DNA of 64,000 nucleotides from Pavona decussata (Eukaryota): NCBI GenBank assembly GCA_977016875.1, contig CDRNST010000318.1, positions 930,001 to 994,000 of the forward strand, read 5' to 3'. Shown piece by piece: positions 50,101 to 63,944 of this stretch (position 1 is its first letter; each line of letters starts with the position of its first letter). The notes under the pieces were generated by a model. It saw only the letters and a program-made list of their open reading frames with translations, ran no database searches and was not told where the DNA came from. The position numbers and the translations under genes were made by a program.

Positions 50101-52555
50101 ACGTAGGGGCCCTAACGAAAACCATTAAGGAAAATACGTAAAACGGTGTCTCCTGTGATCCTCGATCGTCTTGTTGCCTTGTGTAAACTAATATATCGTG
50201 ATCTGTTCGAATGCTTAAGCTGAAAATTAAAGTTGCAGAAGCTTTTAGGAAAGGGAATTTTATTCTCAGAATTCTTAATAGCTGTTGTTGCATGCCTTTA
50301 CAAAAATGCTAGTTGACCCTTTTACGCATTTTTAACGAAATACTTGCCTCTCCGAAAACGAAATAAATTAGTTTTTCAGTCATGGTTACGAAATTTTGAG
50401 CGGTCTATAGATTTTCTTTAAAACTAAATCCGACTGTCCGCGTTTAACACCTGTCACATGATCGCAAAGGGTCTGACACAATTGTCAAATCTCTTTGTAA
50501 AAGAACAAAGTCTGCCTTGAAGGATTTTGTGCTGATAGCACCAAAAATAAAACCCGGCCAATTCAATGAGAACTAAATTCGCCTCAGAAATTTAGTATTC
50601 AGTTTGGTAAAATTGCAGCCGAAAATTCCGTAATGCTGGAGAACTAATCCCTTTTACTTTTGGAGAGGCAAGTTTAGCTAGGATTTTCGTAAAACCAACA
50701 ACAGCTCGGAAATTTGGATAATAAAATTCCGTTTTCTCAAAACTTTCTGCAACTTTAATTTTCAGCTAAGGATTATCCGAGCAGGTCACTTGAATAAGCT
50801 TACTCAGACATGCCTTTAAAAGGCCACAAAACAATCAGGGGACACGGAAGACATTTTACGTATTTCGTTGAAATGTTTAGTTTAGTGCCCCTGACTTTGT
50901 AGCACATTTTTACATTTTTATTTACGGCAATTGTCCAATCCGCTCTTCAGAATAAACTCTGGTATTTTCTAACATTCACGAGTTATAATCGCCGGAATTT
51001 TTCATATTTATTCTTCCTTCGAAAAGAAGTAAGCAGCTTGAGATAACAGGTCACTTAACTCAAGGCTCCACGAAAATGAAGTTAGGGCTCTGTGTTAAGA
51101 GACACGCGATGAAAAAGGTGTGACTATTTTAACACTTGTATAAATAAAGATTTTCCAGGGACAAAGATATTCGGAATAAAAAGAGTAAATTTGCTAACTT
51201 CAGACCACAAAAAGTGTATCTCAAAGGAAGAAAATTTTCGTAATTTTTTTTTCAATATCTTGACTCAAATGACAAAACGTGCTCACATGTGAAGTTGGCG
51301 TGGTCCGTAATTAGTATCCTAGGGTTTTCTTTCTTTTGTATACATGTATATTATCTTTACATTAAATTTCCGTGGTTTTATGTGGGTGTAAAAGAACAGG
51401 AACCTTCCTCATTAAGCCCTCGAGTCTGTACTTCCATCAGTTTAAATTGATTCGAGTATTTTGTGAGCTGATCGTGGCTCTCGAAGGTTCTCTTCGCCGA
51501 CTAATCCTTCGATATTTAACCACGATCTCGTGTTCTTATGCATACGCTTCCTGGTTATTGATGTAAAATGAGACTTAGGCAAATGTTGCGTGGCGTTTTC
51601 GTGATGAATGAAACTTGACTGACTGCATCTGATTAATCAGAAAATCGTGCTAATTGTCAACCTGCCTTAAGATGGAGAAAATTAATGGTAAAATGTCAAA
51701 CATAAATGTAAATTATTCACAAACGCTTTAAAAGTGAACTCGTTGCTTATTGCCCTTAGTCCTTTTGAGTTTCGTCGACTTCGATGTTCAACTGAGGCGT
51801 GTCAAAAACTGAAACTTATGTTTGTAGGTGAGTAACTAATACTTTTTATGCCTTAAGAAGTAAGTTCTTCAACTATATATGAAACTATAATTAGCGCCTA
51901 AAAGGATCACATCTTTGGGTGTTTTCGAGTAAATAATAGCTTGTAGTTTTTTTGTTCAGCTTTCATATTCCGTTCCAATCTTAGATAACTCTTCGCTGGT
52001 GTTTCATTGCTTCATTTTAAGTTCCATTCGAGAAGGCACTACAGTTTAGTTAACTCTGTTATTTTTAAGTTCGGTTTTACGTTGGCCTTTTAGACAGTAA
52101 CATGCCTAACAAGTTCATTTAACCATGTTTCGCCTTTGCCACTTTCATTGCGAGTGAAAACACAAGACCAACGGAGTTTGTCGGTTGGTTCAATTATACG
52201 GTGCGGCGGATAACATTTATGCATTACACGATTCGGCAGCTTATGACACTTTGAAATAAACGAGACAAAACATACATACAAGTAACCGAACTAATTTATT
52301 TCTTGAACATTTATTCTACGTTAAAGAGGCCAACTCGGAGTTCTTTGACCTTTTTTCTCATAACTTCAAAAAAATAATAATAATAATACAAAGACCAAGT
52401 AATTTTATACATGAATATGAGAAGCATAGACCTTTGTGGGGAAATTAGCAACTCTGACATATACCAGAAAGCTGACGGTCTTAAGTTACAGTACTTACGA
52501 GCAGGTGAAAAAACCATCTAGTTTCACATAATAAAATTGGCCAAATATTTTCTTT

Positions 52556-52683
52556 AATAAATGTAAATATATGAAACATATGTTTTGAACTGCGGATGAA
52601 ATATCAAATAGAAGAAAGATCCTCGCAGTTACTACGCAACTTAAGCAGTTGCAAAAAGAAAGCCTGAAAAAAATTCAGGCTTG

Positions 52684-52722
<39 letters not shown>

Positions 52723-52929
52723 CTGCTCTATCAAATGAGCTATCAAGCCAACTGGGAGCTGGTCATATTGTGGGTTCGTAATATACCCGTGAAGGATGAA
52801 GAAATAAATGTAAATATATGAAACATATATTTTGAACTGCGGATGAAAGATCAAATAGAAGAAAGATCGTCGCAGTTACTACGCAACTTAAGCAGTTGCG
52901 AAAAGAAAGCCTGAAAAAAAGTTAGGCTT
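52556..52929 (-). mobile_element. Related tRNA-like repeat as a ~1.5-mer (core 52678-52749)
   Basis: ~125-bp direct repeat, unit ~247 bp; shares CCGCAGTTCA..ATATG..TTTCATAT and the post-tRNA CCTGAA-Tn-CAGGC hairpin with the 46846 copy. Confidence 0.8.
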
Positions 52930-55630
52930 CACACTAAATACGTAATTTTTTGGTGCTCTTTTTCTTGCAGACCTGGCATCTAAAATTCATACCCATATTC
53001 AGACCAGGTTTCTAGATTTCATACCCGTTTTCAGACTTTCAGACCAAAATGGTTAAAATCTATAAACTATTTCAAACCAAAAGGCTCAAAAACCATACCA
53101 TTTGGCGCCGTACATACCGATATAGCTTATATAGGGAAACCCCCCCCCCCCCCCTCCCCACGAATTTTACTGTTTGGCTTCCACGCAGACAAAAGTGAAA
53201 TGACCAAAAAGTCCAAAGTGGTAACAAGGTCTACCTGAGACTGTTTAAATAAAGAGGCTGTCGAGACCGTCGTTGTTGTTGACACAGAAAGTCGTAATAA
53301 AAAAACGCTGCGTCACTTAGCAACATACGTGCTGCTCTGAAGTTCTTGGAGGGGGACTGAGATCGACTGAGTTCGTTTATAAAACTTTAATCATATAACG
53401 GGCGCTCCGATTGGTTGGAAAACCGTGTTTGATCAGCTTTTGTAAAAACAGGTATGACCTGACATTACAGTTCGGTTATCTTGTTTTAAGAAAGAGATTT
53501 AAAAAACATCCGCATAATGGTTGTAAAAATTGATGTAAGAATGTAAACACGAGAAAATTCGGAGGATTCTAATGTTCATAAACATGTTACAAAACTGATA
53601 AGGACGCGCGCATTTTTCTAAAGAGCTTTTACAGTAGCGTTTTAGTCAGGTCATCCCGAATTGAGGAAATCTCGGTACATTTTGAGATGCAAGTATTGTA
53701 TTCGAGTAAACGTGAATAAGAACGATATAACGTACTATATGAAAACATGATTGGTCGGAATCTCGGTCCCATGCATTCAAGGCAGACGTGATAAACTCTA
53801 CACTACAAGTGAACCCACAGTAGAAGCGAACTGAAACAGCTCAGCTGTGTTGCTTGCCTGTGGTGTAGTGGTTATCGCGTCTGCTTTGAATACCGGAGAC
53901 CAGAGTTACAGCCAACCATGTTTCCACATAGTATGTTATATCTTGTTTTTATACGTTCACTCACTTTGTTACTTTCATAACAAATCATTGTACTGATCCT
54001 ATGTGAAAATATGGCTGATTCACTTAGTGTGAATATTCAATTCCTTGCTATTTCATTGTATTTGAAACCTGCTTATCACAAGGAATTTGCTCGGCTGTTG
54101 GATATTTCCACCTTTAGGCGTACAGGCATGTAATAAATCCGTACGTTTTAGAAGAGGAAGTTTTTCTTTCCTTAGAAAACCGGCCATGATGCAGCAAAAA
54201 CGTGATCGGTAATGAATATTTGGAATACGCCTTCCATTTCCTTTCCCTCTTATCTATCAATTTGTCCAGCCGTAAAAGAGACGTTATTATATTATTGGCA
54301 AGTTATTTCAAAACATGAAAGCTAGAGAACGTACCAGATCCAGAAACAATGGTTTGAATTATGAAAAGGTACTTGAGAAACTAAAAAAAACAGGAACTCA
54401 TATTAAGGTAGTAATGACGAATAACAATAGGAAGGATTAAAATAGATTAAAATATGAACAAGTTTGAAAATAGGAGGAAGTCACAAGATTTTAACAAAAA
54501 TCTGTTGTATACACAAGCGTGGCTTTGTTAGGGTTTTATCGAGTTTCATAACGTTCTCAGTTGTTCTGCCAATCGAGCAAACGTTTCTAACAGTGTCCAG
54601 TATACATGTTTGCAGTTACCTATAAAAAAATTGAGCATGACTCAGGAAAATTGAAAGAATCCTCCATTTTCTTTTCTTCCTTCCGAAACAAACGACTCAC
54701 TAAAATGTTGCATTGCCTTTCTCCACTTATCAGCAAAAACTTCCGCGTTCTCAATTAGCAAATTCCAAGTTTAAAAATTCTCTTAATGCTTCGAATAGGA
54801 CACGGATAGTTGTTGTTCGACCGTTGAAATTAACTGATGAATTCTCGCCAATTTCCCAGAACTCCTTGTATTTTTCAGGGGGCCTTTTCTCAATGTCCAT
54901 ATTCTATCAGCCTGGAAAATTCTATATGCAAATTACCGCCGAAAATTGATGTGATTAAATTACACCTCTTAATTATGGAAAGAGGCAAAGAAGTATACGA
55001 AGTCCATTGTTTTTCTCTTTTAAAAGGCTGTTACGTTATCGCAAGCTCTAGAAAAAACCCCGCGAGTCACAAATTCTTATCGCCTGCGCAGTGACGCGCG
55101 AAAACAAGTTCATTAGTTTTTGTCTTTTATTTGATCTTGATTTGTTTTTAAAATGATAAGTTACGTTACCGATTCCATAGATTTTACAAAACCACGATTT
55201 AATAAAGCCCTGACAAAACGCAAAGCCCATTATAACCCAAACACAAACGCGTCCAAGCCATAATATGAAGAACGCAGCTCGGATGTCGTTGCTTCGTCCC
55301 TAATTGCGATTGTAGTAGCATTTAATTTCGCGCAGTTTCTTGTAACAAACTTAGCAAGAGATTAAAAGGTGGCATTTAAAGCGACAAAAGAACAACTGAA
55401 GAAACAGCAGGTAAAACGAGATCTTTTCAAAGGGCAAAGCAGAACTTCCCTGTAGCAGCGCTATGGAGGGAATAAGTGAATTAGGTTCGCATACGTTTTA
55501 CTGCCAAAAGGAACGGAAATCGGATTCAGTGAAAAAAAAAAAAAGAAAAAAAAAAGCTTTCTCAATAACACAGTAGAAATAAAACAATTTTATTAAATGA
55601 AGGTTTGTTATATACATATTTTTTAAGGTA

Positions 55631-55928
55631 TAATTCTTGACAGAAGTTCAGGCTTCAGGAGTTTTCATCGTTTATTGCGACAATACTGTTTCGTATGGTT
55701 CGAAGTTATCGGACCACACTCATCAGGCAATTTTTAACGATTTTGGCAATTTTGGTCTTTAAAAATTGCCTGATGAGTGTGGTCCGATAACTTCGAACCA
55801 TACGAAACAGTATTGTCGCAATAAACGATGAAAACTCCTGAAGCCTGAACTTCTGTCAAGAATTATACATTGCTCTTCAATCAAACGAATTGAGCGCTCT
55901 ACGAAACACATTCTACCCAGAATACAAG
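55631..55928. mobile_element. ~300-bp insertion made of a ~110-bp perfect inverted repeat with hammerhead ribozymes (Penelope-like or retrozyme terminus)
   Basis: Arms 55628-55737 and 55759-55868; 14-bp flanking duplication TATTTTTTAAGGTA (55617-55630, 55929-55942). Confidence 0.8.
55765..55822 (+). ncRNA. Type I hammerhead ribozyme (mirror copy on the - strand at ~55674-55731)
   Basis: Stem I ATTGC/GCAAT, core CTGATGA, stem II GTGTGGT..ACCATAC, GAAA, stem III ACA/TGT, GTC cleavage triplet at 55815-55817. Confidence 0.8.
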
Positions 55929-57710
55929 TATTTTTTAAGGTAATAATTTCTAATATATCATTTGAAAAAAAAAAGTATCATGCACGTCACAACCTCTGAA
56001 ATTTTAATATTACAGAAATATTTTAGAAGTTATCTTCTACGACAAATAAAGAAAACTGAATTCAAATTAATGTTACGAATTTTTTTTCCTGTATCTCCTG
56101 GTCAGCACCGGTGCTCGGTAGATCTTATTTATCATCTTTTGCGTCTTGCCTTAATGTCAAACAAGTAAATCATATTTAATCAGATAGGATGTTTTCCATA
56201 TTTGAAATTCTCAATATTGCACGCACTGAAGTTGTTTTTGACAAAAAGATTTATTAAAAACAGACCTTCGGGGCTCGATGTATAGTTTATAAAGATTAAT
56301 CATTTTGTGACCTAAAATTATTATGATATATGACGGGAAGTATATGATTTCATGTCTTTTTAAAATCCGGTAACCTTTTTGGGGGCTGGGAATTCAGTCC
56401 GCAAGTTGTCGAGTTTACAAAAAACATCGTTAAAACTAATGATTATAAATTTCGGCTGGCAGAATGTTTTCAATTGCAGAAAATTTAATAAAAAATGGTT
56501 TGCAAAAATAAGAAAATCTGTAAAAAATAGAGCTGTCCGATGTCCTCTCAAAGAGAAGCCGACTAAATTAAATACCCCTATTAAATTTTTTACACAGGAA
56601 AAAGGATTGTAAACCTTTTTGGTTGATTCGCCTATGTTTAAGGTTTTATTTAATGCGAGAGGCGGAAAAAAAAAGCATTTACTTTGATCTCAATCGCAAA
56701 ACTCGATTCAGCTTTCAGTCCGCCACTCCCTGCGAAAGGGAGGCAAAAAAAAAAAATCCAAGAAACTAAATAAAAACATTTATAAATCAGATCCCGTTTA
56801 GATTTCATTCGTTTCCTGAATCCAAATCCGAGATTCATTCCTTTTCTAAGATAAGCAGAATTTTTTTACATTGCAAAACTTTACAAAAATCTGAATGATA
56901 TTGTTTTTGACCTTGAAATAAAACAATGAGGAAAACTTCACGTTAAATGACCGATATTATGCCTGCTTAGAAGTCATATACAAACGCCAGATCAACTGAT
57001 AAAAATTTATATTTTTGCCCCTTGGGTGAGATGCGCCGATTTTCTTTTCTTCTACTAGGATATGAGGTAAACTGTACGAGAAATGAATACCTTGTTGACG
57101 TAAATCGTTGCCTAAACATATCGTTAAAAGGCCATCGTGTGGGCTGCGTTATCTCGCTCTTAAGGTAAACATCTTGTGATTATGTTTTAAAGCTCACCTA
57201 CTTCTAAACAAAGTTTAACTTAACGAGAAACAGCGGAGGATTCAACACTGTCGATTCGATCGATTCAAGGTAAGATCAGTGGATTTATGTGCTTTTATTA
57301 CCGATTAAAACACGACAGTCTACCCTCACAACTTTCCCTTAATACGATAAATTAAATATAATACATTTCTCAATGCGAATTTTTTTTTTGTTTTAAATAC
57401 AGACGCAGTTGGTGCGATGTACTGCGCAATTTTCAAGTTGTGCCTTATTTACTGAATATCGATGTAGAGTTGATTACAGATTACAGGCCAGTTTACAAAT
57501 TGTACCTTTTCATGCGCGAAATAATAGTACTTCTCTTTAAGTTACGTTTGCAAGCAAAACGCAGTTTGTGCGATATACCGCGCAGGTTAAAGTTGACTAT
57601 TATAGCTGAGATTACAGGCCAGTTAACAAATTGTACCTTTCCATGCGCAAGAGTATTCAAGTAATGGCGTTTTCCCCCTTAAAATTTGAAGCAAAATCAA
57701 AAAAAAAAAA

Positions 57711-57735
57711 ACACACACACACACACACACACACA
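57711..57735. repeat. (CA)n microsatellite
   Basis: Visible directly. Confidence 0.9.
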
Positions 57736-60508
57736 AAGCAAACCTAAAATAAAGCTTAATTGTCAGTATAGGTAAGTTGGGATGCATGAACTAGTTGGCA
57801 GCCGATAGGCAAGCCACTCACTAACTCCGGAATCATCTAAAATTTTGTGTACACTGGTCACCCAACTGATGTTTATACATTTCTGTTTGCAATAATACAC
57901 AGTCCTGTGGCCAGGATAGACGCAACCGAGGTAAAGTTTCAGAGTTCAGCACGTTCCAAACACTGAGAATGTAGTCTAGAACTTTCCATGAAAGAGATTT
58001 TCAAGAAATTGCCCGAGCAGATTAATGAAAAATTTTGACGATAGCCAGCCATGCATTGTGGTTGTCTGTGTCAGATTTTCTTCTCTCCAAACCTTTTCCA
58101 TTTCCTTTTTCTATACCAACAAGTATCTTAATTTTAGGTATCTTCCTTTGTTCGCTAGCTACTTCCTCACTAACAATTTGGGCCTGGCTGCGGGCCTGAA
58201 TACAGATCAGTAATCAACAATACGTGAAGGCTTTTTAAAAATGAATAAACTTACTTCGCCTTCTCTCATTCCGTGTTAACTTTTTAATGTTCTCAAAAAG
58301 TAATTAACTCGTCCTCAGTTTCCCAAACTATAGGAAACCCAGACCTACCTATTGGGTGTAAAATTCAGCTATATAATCTTGAATTTAATCCCAATCTACC
58401 TCCGGCCATTCACCTCTTCATTTCCCAATAATGCACCAACTATCTGCGTTTGAAACTACACCGTCGCTATATCTCCAAAGACTGAGTTCTTTGTAAAGGC
58501 GTTTAACACATGCCGACACCATCAAATATTTGTTCGTGAAACACCCAAGAAGCACCTTTAAGCGTTGGACACATTAATTGTAGCCAACCTTTTAACAGCT
58601 TTTTTTGTTTCTCTAGGCAATGCATAATTTTTTGCCTTTTGAAATACTCAATTTAAACGAAAATAGCTGTCGCGAAGATTCAACAAAAATCTTTTTAATT
58701 TAACAAAAGGATCCAAGAGCCTTACGGCATTTCAAATTACTCTGTCGTATCTACTTTAATATTTCATTTCCTGTCGGAGAAAATGAATATTGCTGTAATA
58801 TTCTTCAGTATTTTTGTCCCTTCATTGCGTGGGCCACGATGCTAACCAGTTTGCACGGTGAAATCTTCCGACAGAACGTGAGTAAAAGAAGATTGCTAAG
58901 TAAGCGATAAGGACGAAAGCCTTCTATATTTCTTGAAAATATACGAGGCATTGAGAAGCAATAAATGTGGGGCTAGAACTCTAAGTGATTTACTTGTGTG
59001 CCGAGAATATTAACATGCAAAGCAGCTGGTCCGCTGCATTTAACCATCAAACAAGCTCTTTCTCTTTTTTTTGTTCGTGAGTTTGTTTTTTTCTTTAAAT
59101 TGGATATGTTTTGCCACACGACAATTACTCCAAAAATTAAACACGTCGCAAACTGTCATGCGTCCATAAAAACGGTTTAAAAGACAAGTGACCTTCAACG
59201 CGAGCAGAGCTGATCAATCAATCCGCGAAAACAAAGGCTAGGCCTCTGGTTCAACGGCTCTGATAGAAACACTTCAGCCACAGGTATGAAAAAAAAAAGA
59301 GACCCATTAGTTGCGATATTTTTACAATCTGATAAATTTTCTTTTCTTTGCGAGGGTGGGAAAGTCTGGAAAAGATAAGGTTATCTGAATAATTTGTGCC
59401 GGAATTGTAGCTCAGATTAAAAAACCTTTTGAATTTATGCGATGAGACAAGAACGCGTTGGATTTTTGTCCAATTTAGTTTTTCTTTTTCTTTTTTTTTT
59501 AATTTGAAACGCGTAACAAAAATATTTCGGCCTCATCTAAGGCATTTATAAGGAATGGTTAAATCAACGTAACCATAATTACAGCGTGCGTTGCTTTCTA
59601 AATGTCTTTCAAAGACGTTAAATTTATTGTTCTCGGTTGTCTCAATCATAAAAATTCATAATCGAATTTCTTTTCGCTAAAACTGCAACGGACATCAAAT
59701 TGCCTTCATTCTCCTAAGGCAAGCTCATTATCGATCGTATTAATAAAACAGATATATTCAATACAGTTGGGCATTTTAGGTCGCTTAAATGTATTTAGTT
59801 TTGCAACTGGGGAAAATAAGACCCTCCGAAGGCCCCTCCTCAACGGTTTGTTTTGACTATTCGTCACGGAAAAAGTAACAAATACAATCGAACTATTGTT
59901 AGGTTTTGAAAAAACAAGCAGAAAATATACGGTAATTAACAAACTGAGGTATACGTACTTTTACATCGCCAATCTAGCATGGAAGCAGACCACGAAGTTA
60001 TACGCCCGATTGCGTCTGCGTAAACGCATCCGAAGATCTTTCGTAGGTCAGTTTCGGACATAGCTTCCCCGATCGATCCTGTAAGTTGCGCTGCTTTTTC
60101 GACATCACATAATGCTTCTTCTCCGGCTCATTCTTTTACCGTTTTTAAGTTCTTCACGAAGCAGGTGTTTCCATCTGTTTCTCGGTGTTTGAAACCCCTG
60201 AAGAAGCACTCACCCTCGTTTTTGACCCATAACTTCCTGAAGTGTAACAACATCCATAGTTGAGGCATTTAAAGATTGAAGTGTCATTTCAAACCTATGA
60301 TTTCAAGTTAAATTTAGAAATTAAATTAACATCCAAATGGCCGGGACTGTATTGCAACTATTTTTGGTACTACTTTTGGAGTTGAAATAATTCATCGATA
60401 ATTAATCATTATGTGATTTCCTCAGGAATTGTCGTGTTACATGTAGTCACTGCATAAACAACTTAGACAACGGAAATGTTTTTTCTTCCAGACATTTAAA
60501 AGTCCGGT

Positions 60509-60610
60509 ATGATGATGAAATCAGCGATTCTACTAGTGATCATTGCAGCAGCAAGTGCGGCGAGGTTTTCGAATCACGCGGATGCAGTGTTAGAAACTGA
60601 TGCTGACAGC
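60509..60610 (+). CDS. Secreted cysteine-rich peptide, coding exon 1 (signal peptide plus short pro-region)
   Basis: ttttcttccAG acceptor at 60491; MMMKSAILLVIIAAASAARFSNHADAVLETDADS; GTAAGT donor, phase 0. Confidence 0.75.
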
Positions 60611-61130
60611 GTAAGTCATGAATTAGATATAGTATTAACCTTTTGAAATTAAACCTCGAGGTTGGGGCGACCTTGGGCCGAGGTTGGGGCAACATCATTC
60701 ATGGTTGGTCGAGAGGACAAAAGAACGAACAACAGAACAATGCTGCAGGTTATCAGGATCCAATGAAAATAGGGCTTTAGAAGGGTGCAAATCTATTGTT
60801 GAGGTTGTGGGTAAGCTCCTAAGGGGCCGTTCATCTAGAGTGAGGTAGGGTGGTCGGCTTGAATTAGAGGGATATAGGAGAAGGGTTGGCTTCCAAGAGA
60901 AGACCGTATGCCCTTAGAACAGGAGAATCTGTTTTTGTGGCTGCCTCCGCAAGAACTAACAGATTTGGAAATTTTTGCATCATCAAATACCAGAATCTCG
61001 TTTAAAATAGCGAAATGAGATATGTCTTAACATTAACAGTTATATTTGTGTCATAATTCCGAGATATTTGTATGTAATTAATGACCCGCCTTGTAATTCA
61101 GTTTATGCTGCAAAAAGGTTGAATAAACGA

Positions 61131-61149
61131 TCATTATTATTGTTATTAT

Positions 61150-61181
<32 letters not shown>

Positions 61182-61294
61182 CTATTATTATTATTATTAT
61201 TATATAGGATTTTTTTGTTATTTGTTATTTAGGATTTTTTTGTAACAGCAAGTTGATTGTAAATAGGATTTTAATTGAGGTTTTGTAATAAAGA

Positions 61295-61330
<36 letters not shown>

Positions 61331-61361
61331 CATTATTATTATTACTATTATCATTATTATT
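61131..61361. repeat. (ATT)n microsatellite blocks; another at ~28400-28472
   Basis: Visible directly. Confidence 0.9.
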
Positions 61362-61829
61362 TTTAACCTCAAATATTAAGGAGTCTAATGGGCAGTTAGT
61401 CACAAAGGAAACTCTACTGATTCAGTGTGAAGTATACCCCATTACCCGTTTCTTTTATCCTGAGAGGGAAATAATTCAGTTTTTAACCAAAACGAGACGC
61501 GGAGGGGGCAAGTAAAAACCATTTTAGATAAGTACAATGCCACCAGCCACAGCAACATAATAAATTAATAATACATTATAAATTTGTACAGCGGATAATT
61601 CTATGATGAAATGGTCAAATGCGCTGATAACGTTTCTTGGTTCTTTTATTTATTTATTTATTTATTTATTATTATTATTTTTTTAATAAAACGATTGTTC
61701 AACTCGCACTTGTTGGATATGGAATGATTACAACCAATTTGGCGCTACGCGCGGAACACGGGTAGCACCGCAACACAGATATAACAAACCCTAGGGTCAA
61801 TCTTCTGATCAATCTGTATTTGTTTGCAG

Positions 61830-61964
61830 TGCAATCTTGGAAAGCGTTGTGATGAGGATGACGATTGCCCATGCGCAGATCAAAACATCATCTGCAATTA
61901 CCAACGAGTCTGTAAAGAGCGTAGCACATGGGATTATATTATTCGGCTAAAACCAGTAAGTTAA
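61830..61964 (+). CDS. Secreted cysteine-rich peptide, coding exon 2 (6 Cys)
   Basis: tgtttgcAG acceptor, phase 0; CNLGKRCDEDDDCPCADQNIICNYQRVCKERSTWDYIIRLKPVS-stop; possible donor at 61956 instead of read-through. Confidence 0.7.
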   Translation, partial: CNLGKRCDEDDDCPCADQNIICNYQRVCKERSTWDYIIRLKPVS

Positions 61965-63716
61965 GAAGCTGATATTTAGCAATTAACTATTTAACTTTTT
62001 CGGTTCACAATTAAACTATTTAACAATTGTCCTGCGACATCGCGCGGAATTTCGCCTAATACTACGGCCTCGTCGGCTAAAATCAAGCGATATTCCGCAA
62101 GATTGAGCGGGAGAATTGTTTTATTATTCAACACAATAACACCAAATTTCCTACGTTTTCGCGTTATTTAGTGAATAAAAACCCTTTAGGCGGCTGGTTT
62201 ATCGGAGGCTGAAAGATTGTCCGAAAAATGAACAGTTGCTTAGAGGGCAACTGAGGGCAACCATTATCATCCGTTATACAACGGCGGATCAGTGTTAACC
62301 TCGCGTTTTGATTGCGTAGTTTGTGATTAGAGTATAGACACACCGATGACGTTATTGACGCACGAGATCGATCCAGCCAGAGTGATTGGTCAACAAAGTT
62401 CTGCAAACTGTTCTTACGAGTAGCGGACAAACATAGGCAAATTTTCACAGGAAAGCAAAACTGCCAGATAAAAAAATTGGACAAAAACCGTTGCAAGTGA
62501 CCTCAACCAGGTTAAAAAAAGCTAGAACTTTGTTGCGATGTGCAAAGGAAGGAAATGTTTGTCCAAGTATGTCACCGATAGAAATCCGGTAATGGCGAGT
62601 AATCGATCACAAATCGCAGTGAAGCGACTGACATGCTGTAATATTTTGAGTCATAAATTCCTTCTGGTAAAAAGGTTAGTTTTGAAAATATTGTCAGTAA
62701 AATCACAATTGCGTGTGTGTAGTAGTAGCTTGTAGTCTAAAAGTTTGCTTGAAAGTTTTTGACTCGACTCAGTCAACATGAAGCTCGCTAACGAAATGTG
62801 GTCAAACGTCTTGGTTATTTTATAAAACAAACATTTCATTTTGCCGTGGGTCTGTACTTTGAGAACGCACAGATCAACACAGAGGACGTCAAAACGTGGT
62901 GAGAACATCACGGTCACGCTACTCACCGCGTAGTTTACGTGAAACGGCAAACGTCATCGTTTCACGTAAAATAGCGTGAACCTTTTGACTTTGGCTTTAA
63001 TTTTGCGAGTGTCGATGAAGCTGTTTTGCAACTCGCTGTGGTAATGCAGCTATCAATTTAAAGCCGGCGGGGGGGGGGGGGGGGGAGGCAGGGCATGGAG
63101 TGGGGATTTGACATTTTTCAAAATTTTGCCGTCAGATTCCCTACCCATGGGCAAACCATTCCAGTCAAATGCACAAAAATTTCCCCACCCCGAGCGGCAC
63201 ATTGCTGTCAAATATCCCCAGGCCGGATGCAAGAAAGACGCAGGGAAAACAGGTCGAAATAGAACTCTATAATTTTCACTTCTTAACGTTGCTACATCTT
63301 CAAAGGATCTGCGTCTCAAACACTTTGTATATCGAATTAGTCAACACTGAGCTAAATCAACAGAATCTTTGAGAAACAGTTCGTGTTTTCTGCAAAGGCT
63401 GCAGAAAGCATAACGATTCAAAATGAAAGAAAGCTGTTTCTCTATTAAAACAAGAATAACAGTTTCAAACGCCGGAATATCAAACGCTCTTAAAATTGTC
63501 TTTGGTTTAAGTTTTACTTCTTTTCTTGTTTCTCATAAAACAGCATAAAATAAATTATTGGCAGCTATAATTAAAATGCGAGATCATTTTTTAAAACATT
63601 TTAGTCCCATATAGCACTGAAGTCGTTTCATAACTTGAGTATTGACCATCGCAAATTGTCAGTAGAATTTTACGATATAACACTGTCAGCGAAAATGAAC
63701 GTTTGTACTGGAAGAT

Positions 63717-63944
63717 TTACCAGACTTCGCTACATCTTAAACAAAGCCAGCGCCTTGTATTTCCACTAGAAACATCTTCCTCAAGATGAACACAGATTAT
63801 GTGCCACCATAAAAGACAACCATCGCATGAAATCCAGGAAATCGTGTTCGCTTCGCAGTCTGGAGGATCGGCCTTGCCACAGTTCCTGACGCTCGATTGT
63901 TTACTTGTTGAACCACTAGCATTCTTGTCCCCACCGCTGACCAA
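63717..63944 (-). pseudogene. PHD-finger-like C-terminal fragment, probably transposon-derived
   Basis: CGKADPP..ISWISCDGCLLWWHIICV..WLCLRC pattern; first Cys missing; in-frame stop at 63978; possible transposon end near 63045. Confidence 0.6.

Noticed and set aside
53855-53905. tRNA-like A-box fragment (TGGTGTAGTGGTTATC)
   Set aside because: No intact B box or cloverleaf; at most a decayed SINE head
55370-55415. AFKATKEQLKKQ segment reminiscent of Crypton recombinase remnants
   Set aside because: Too short and interrupted by stops to support a call
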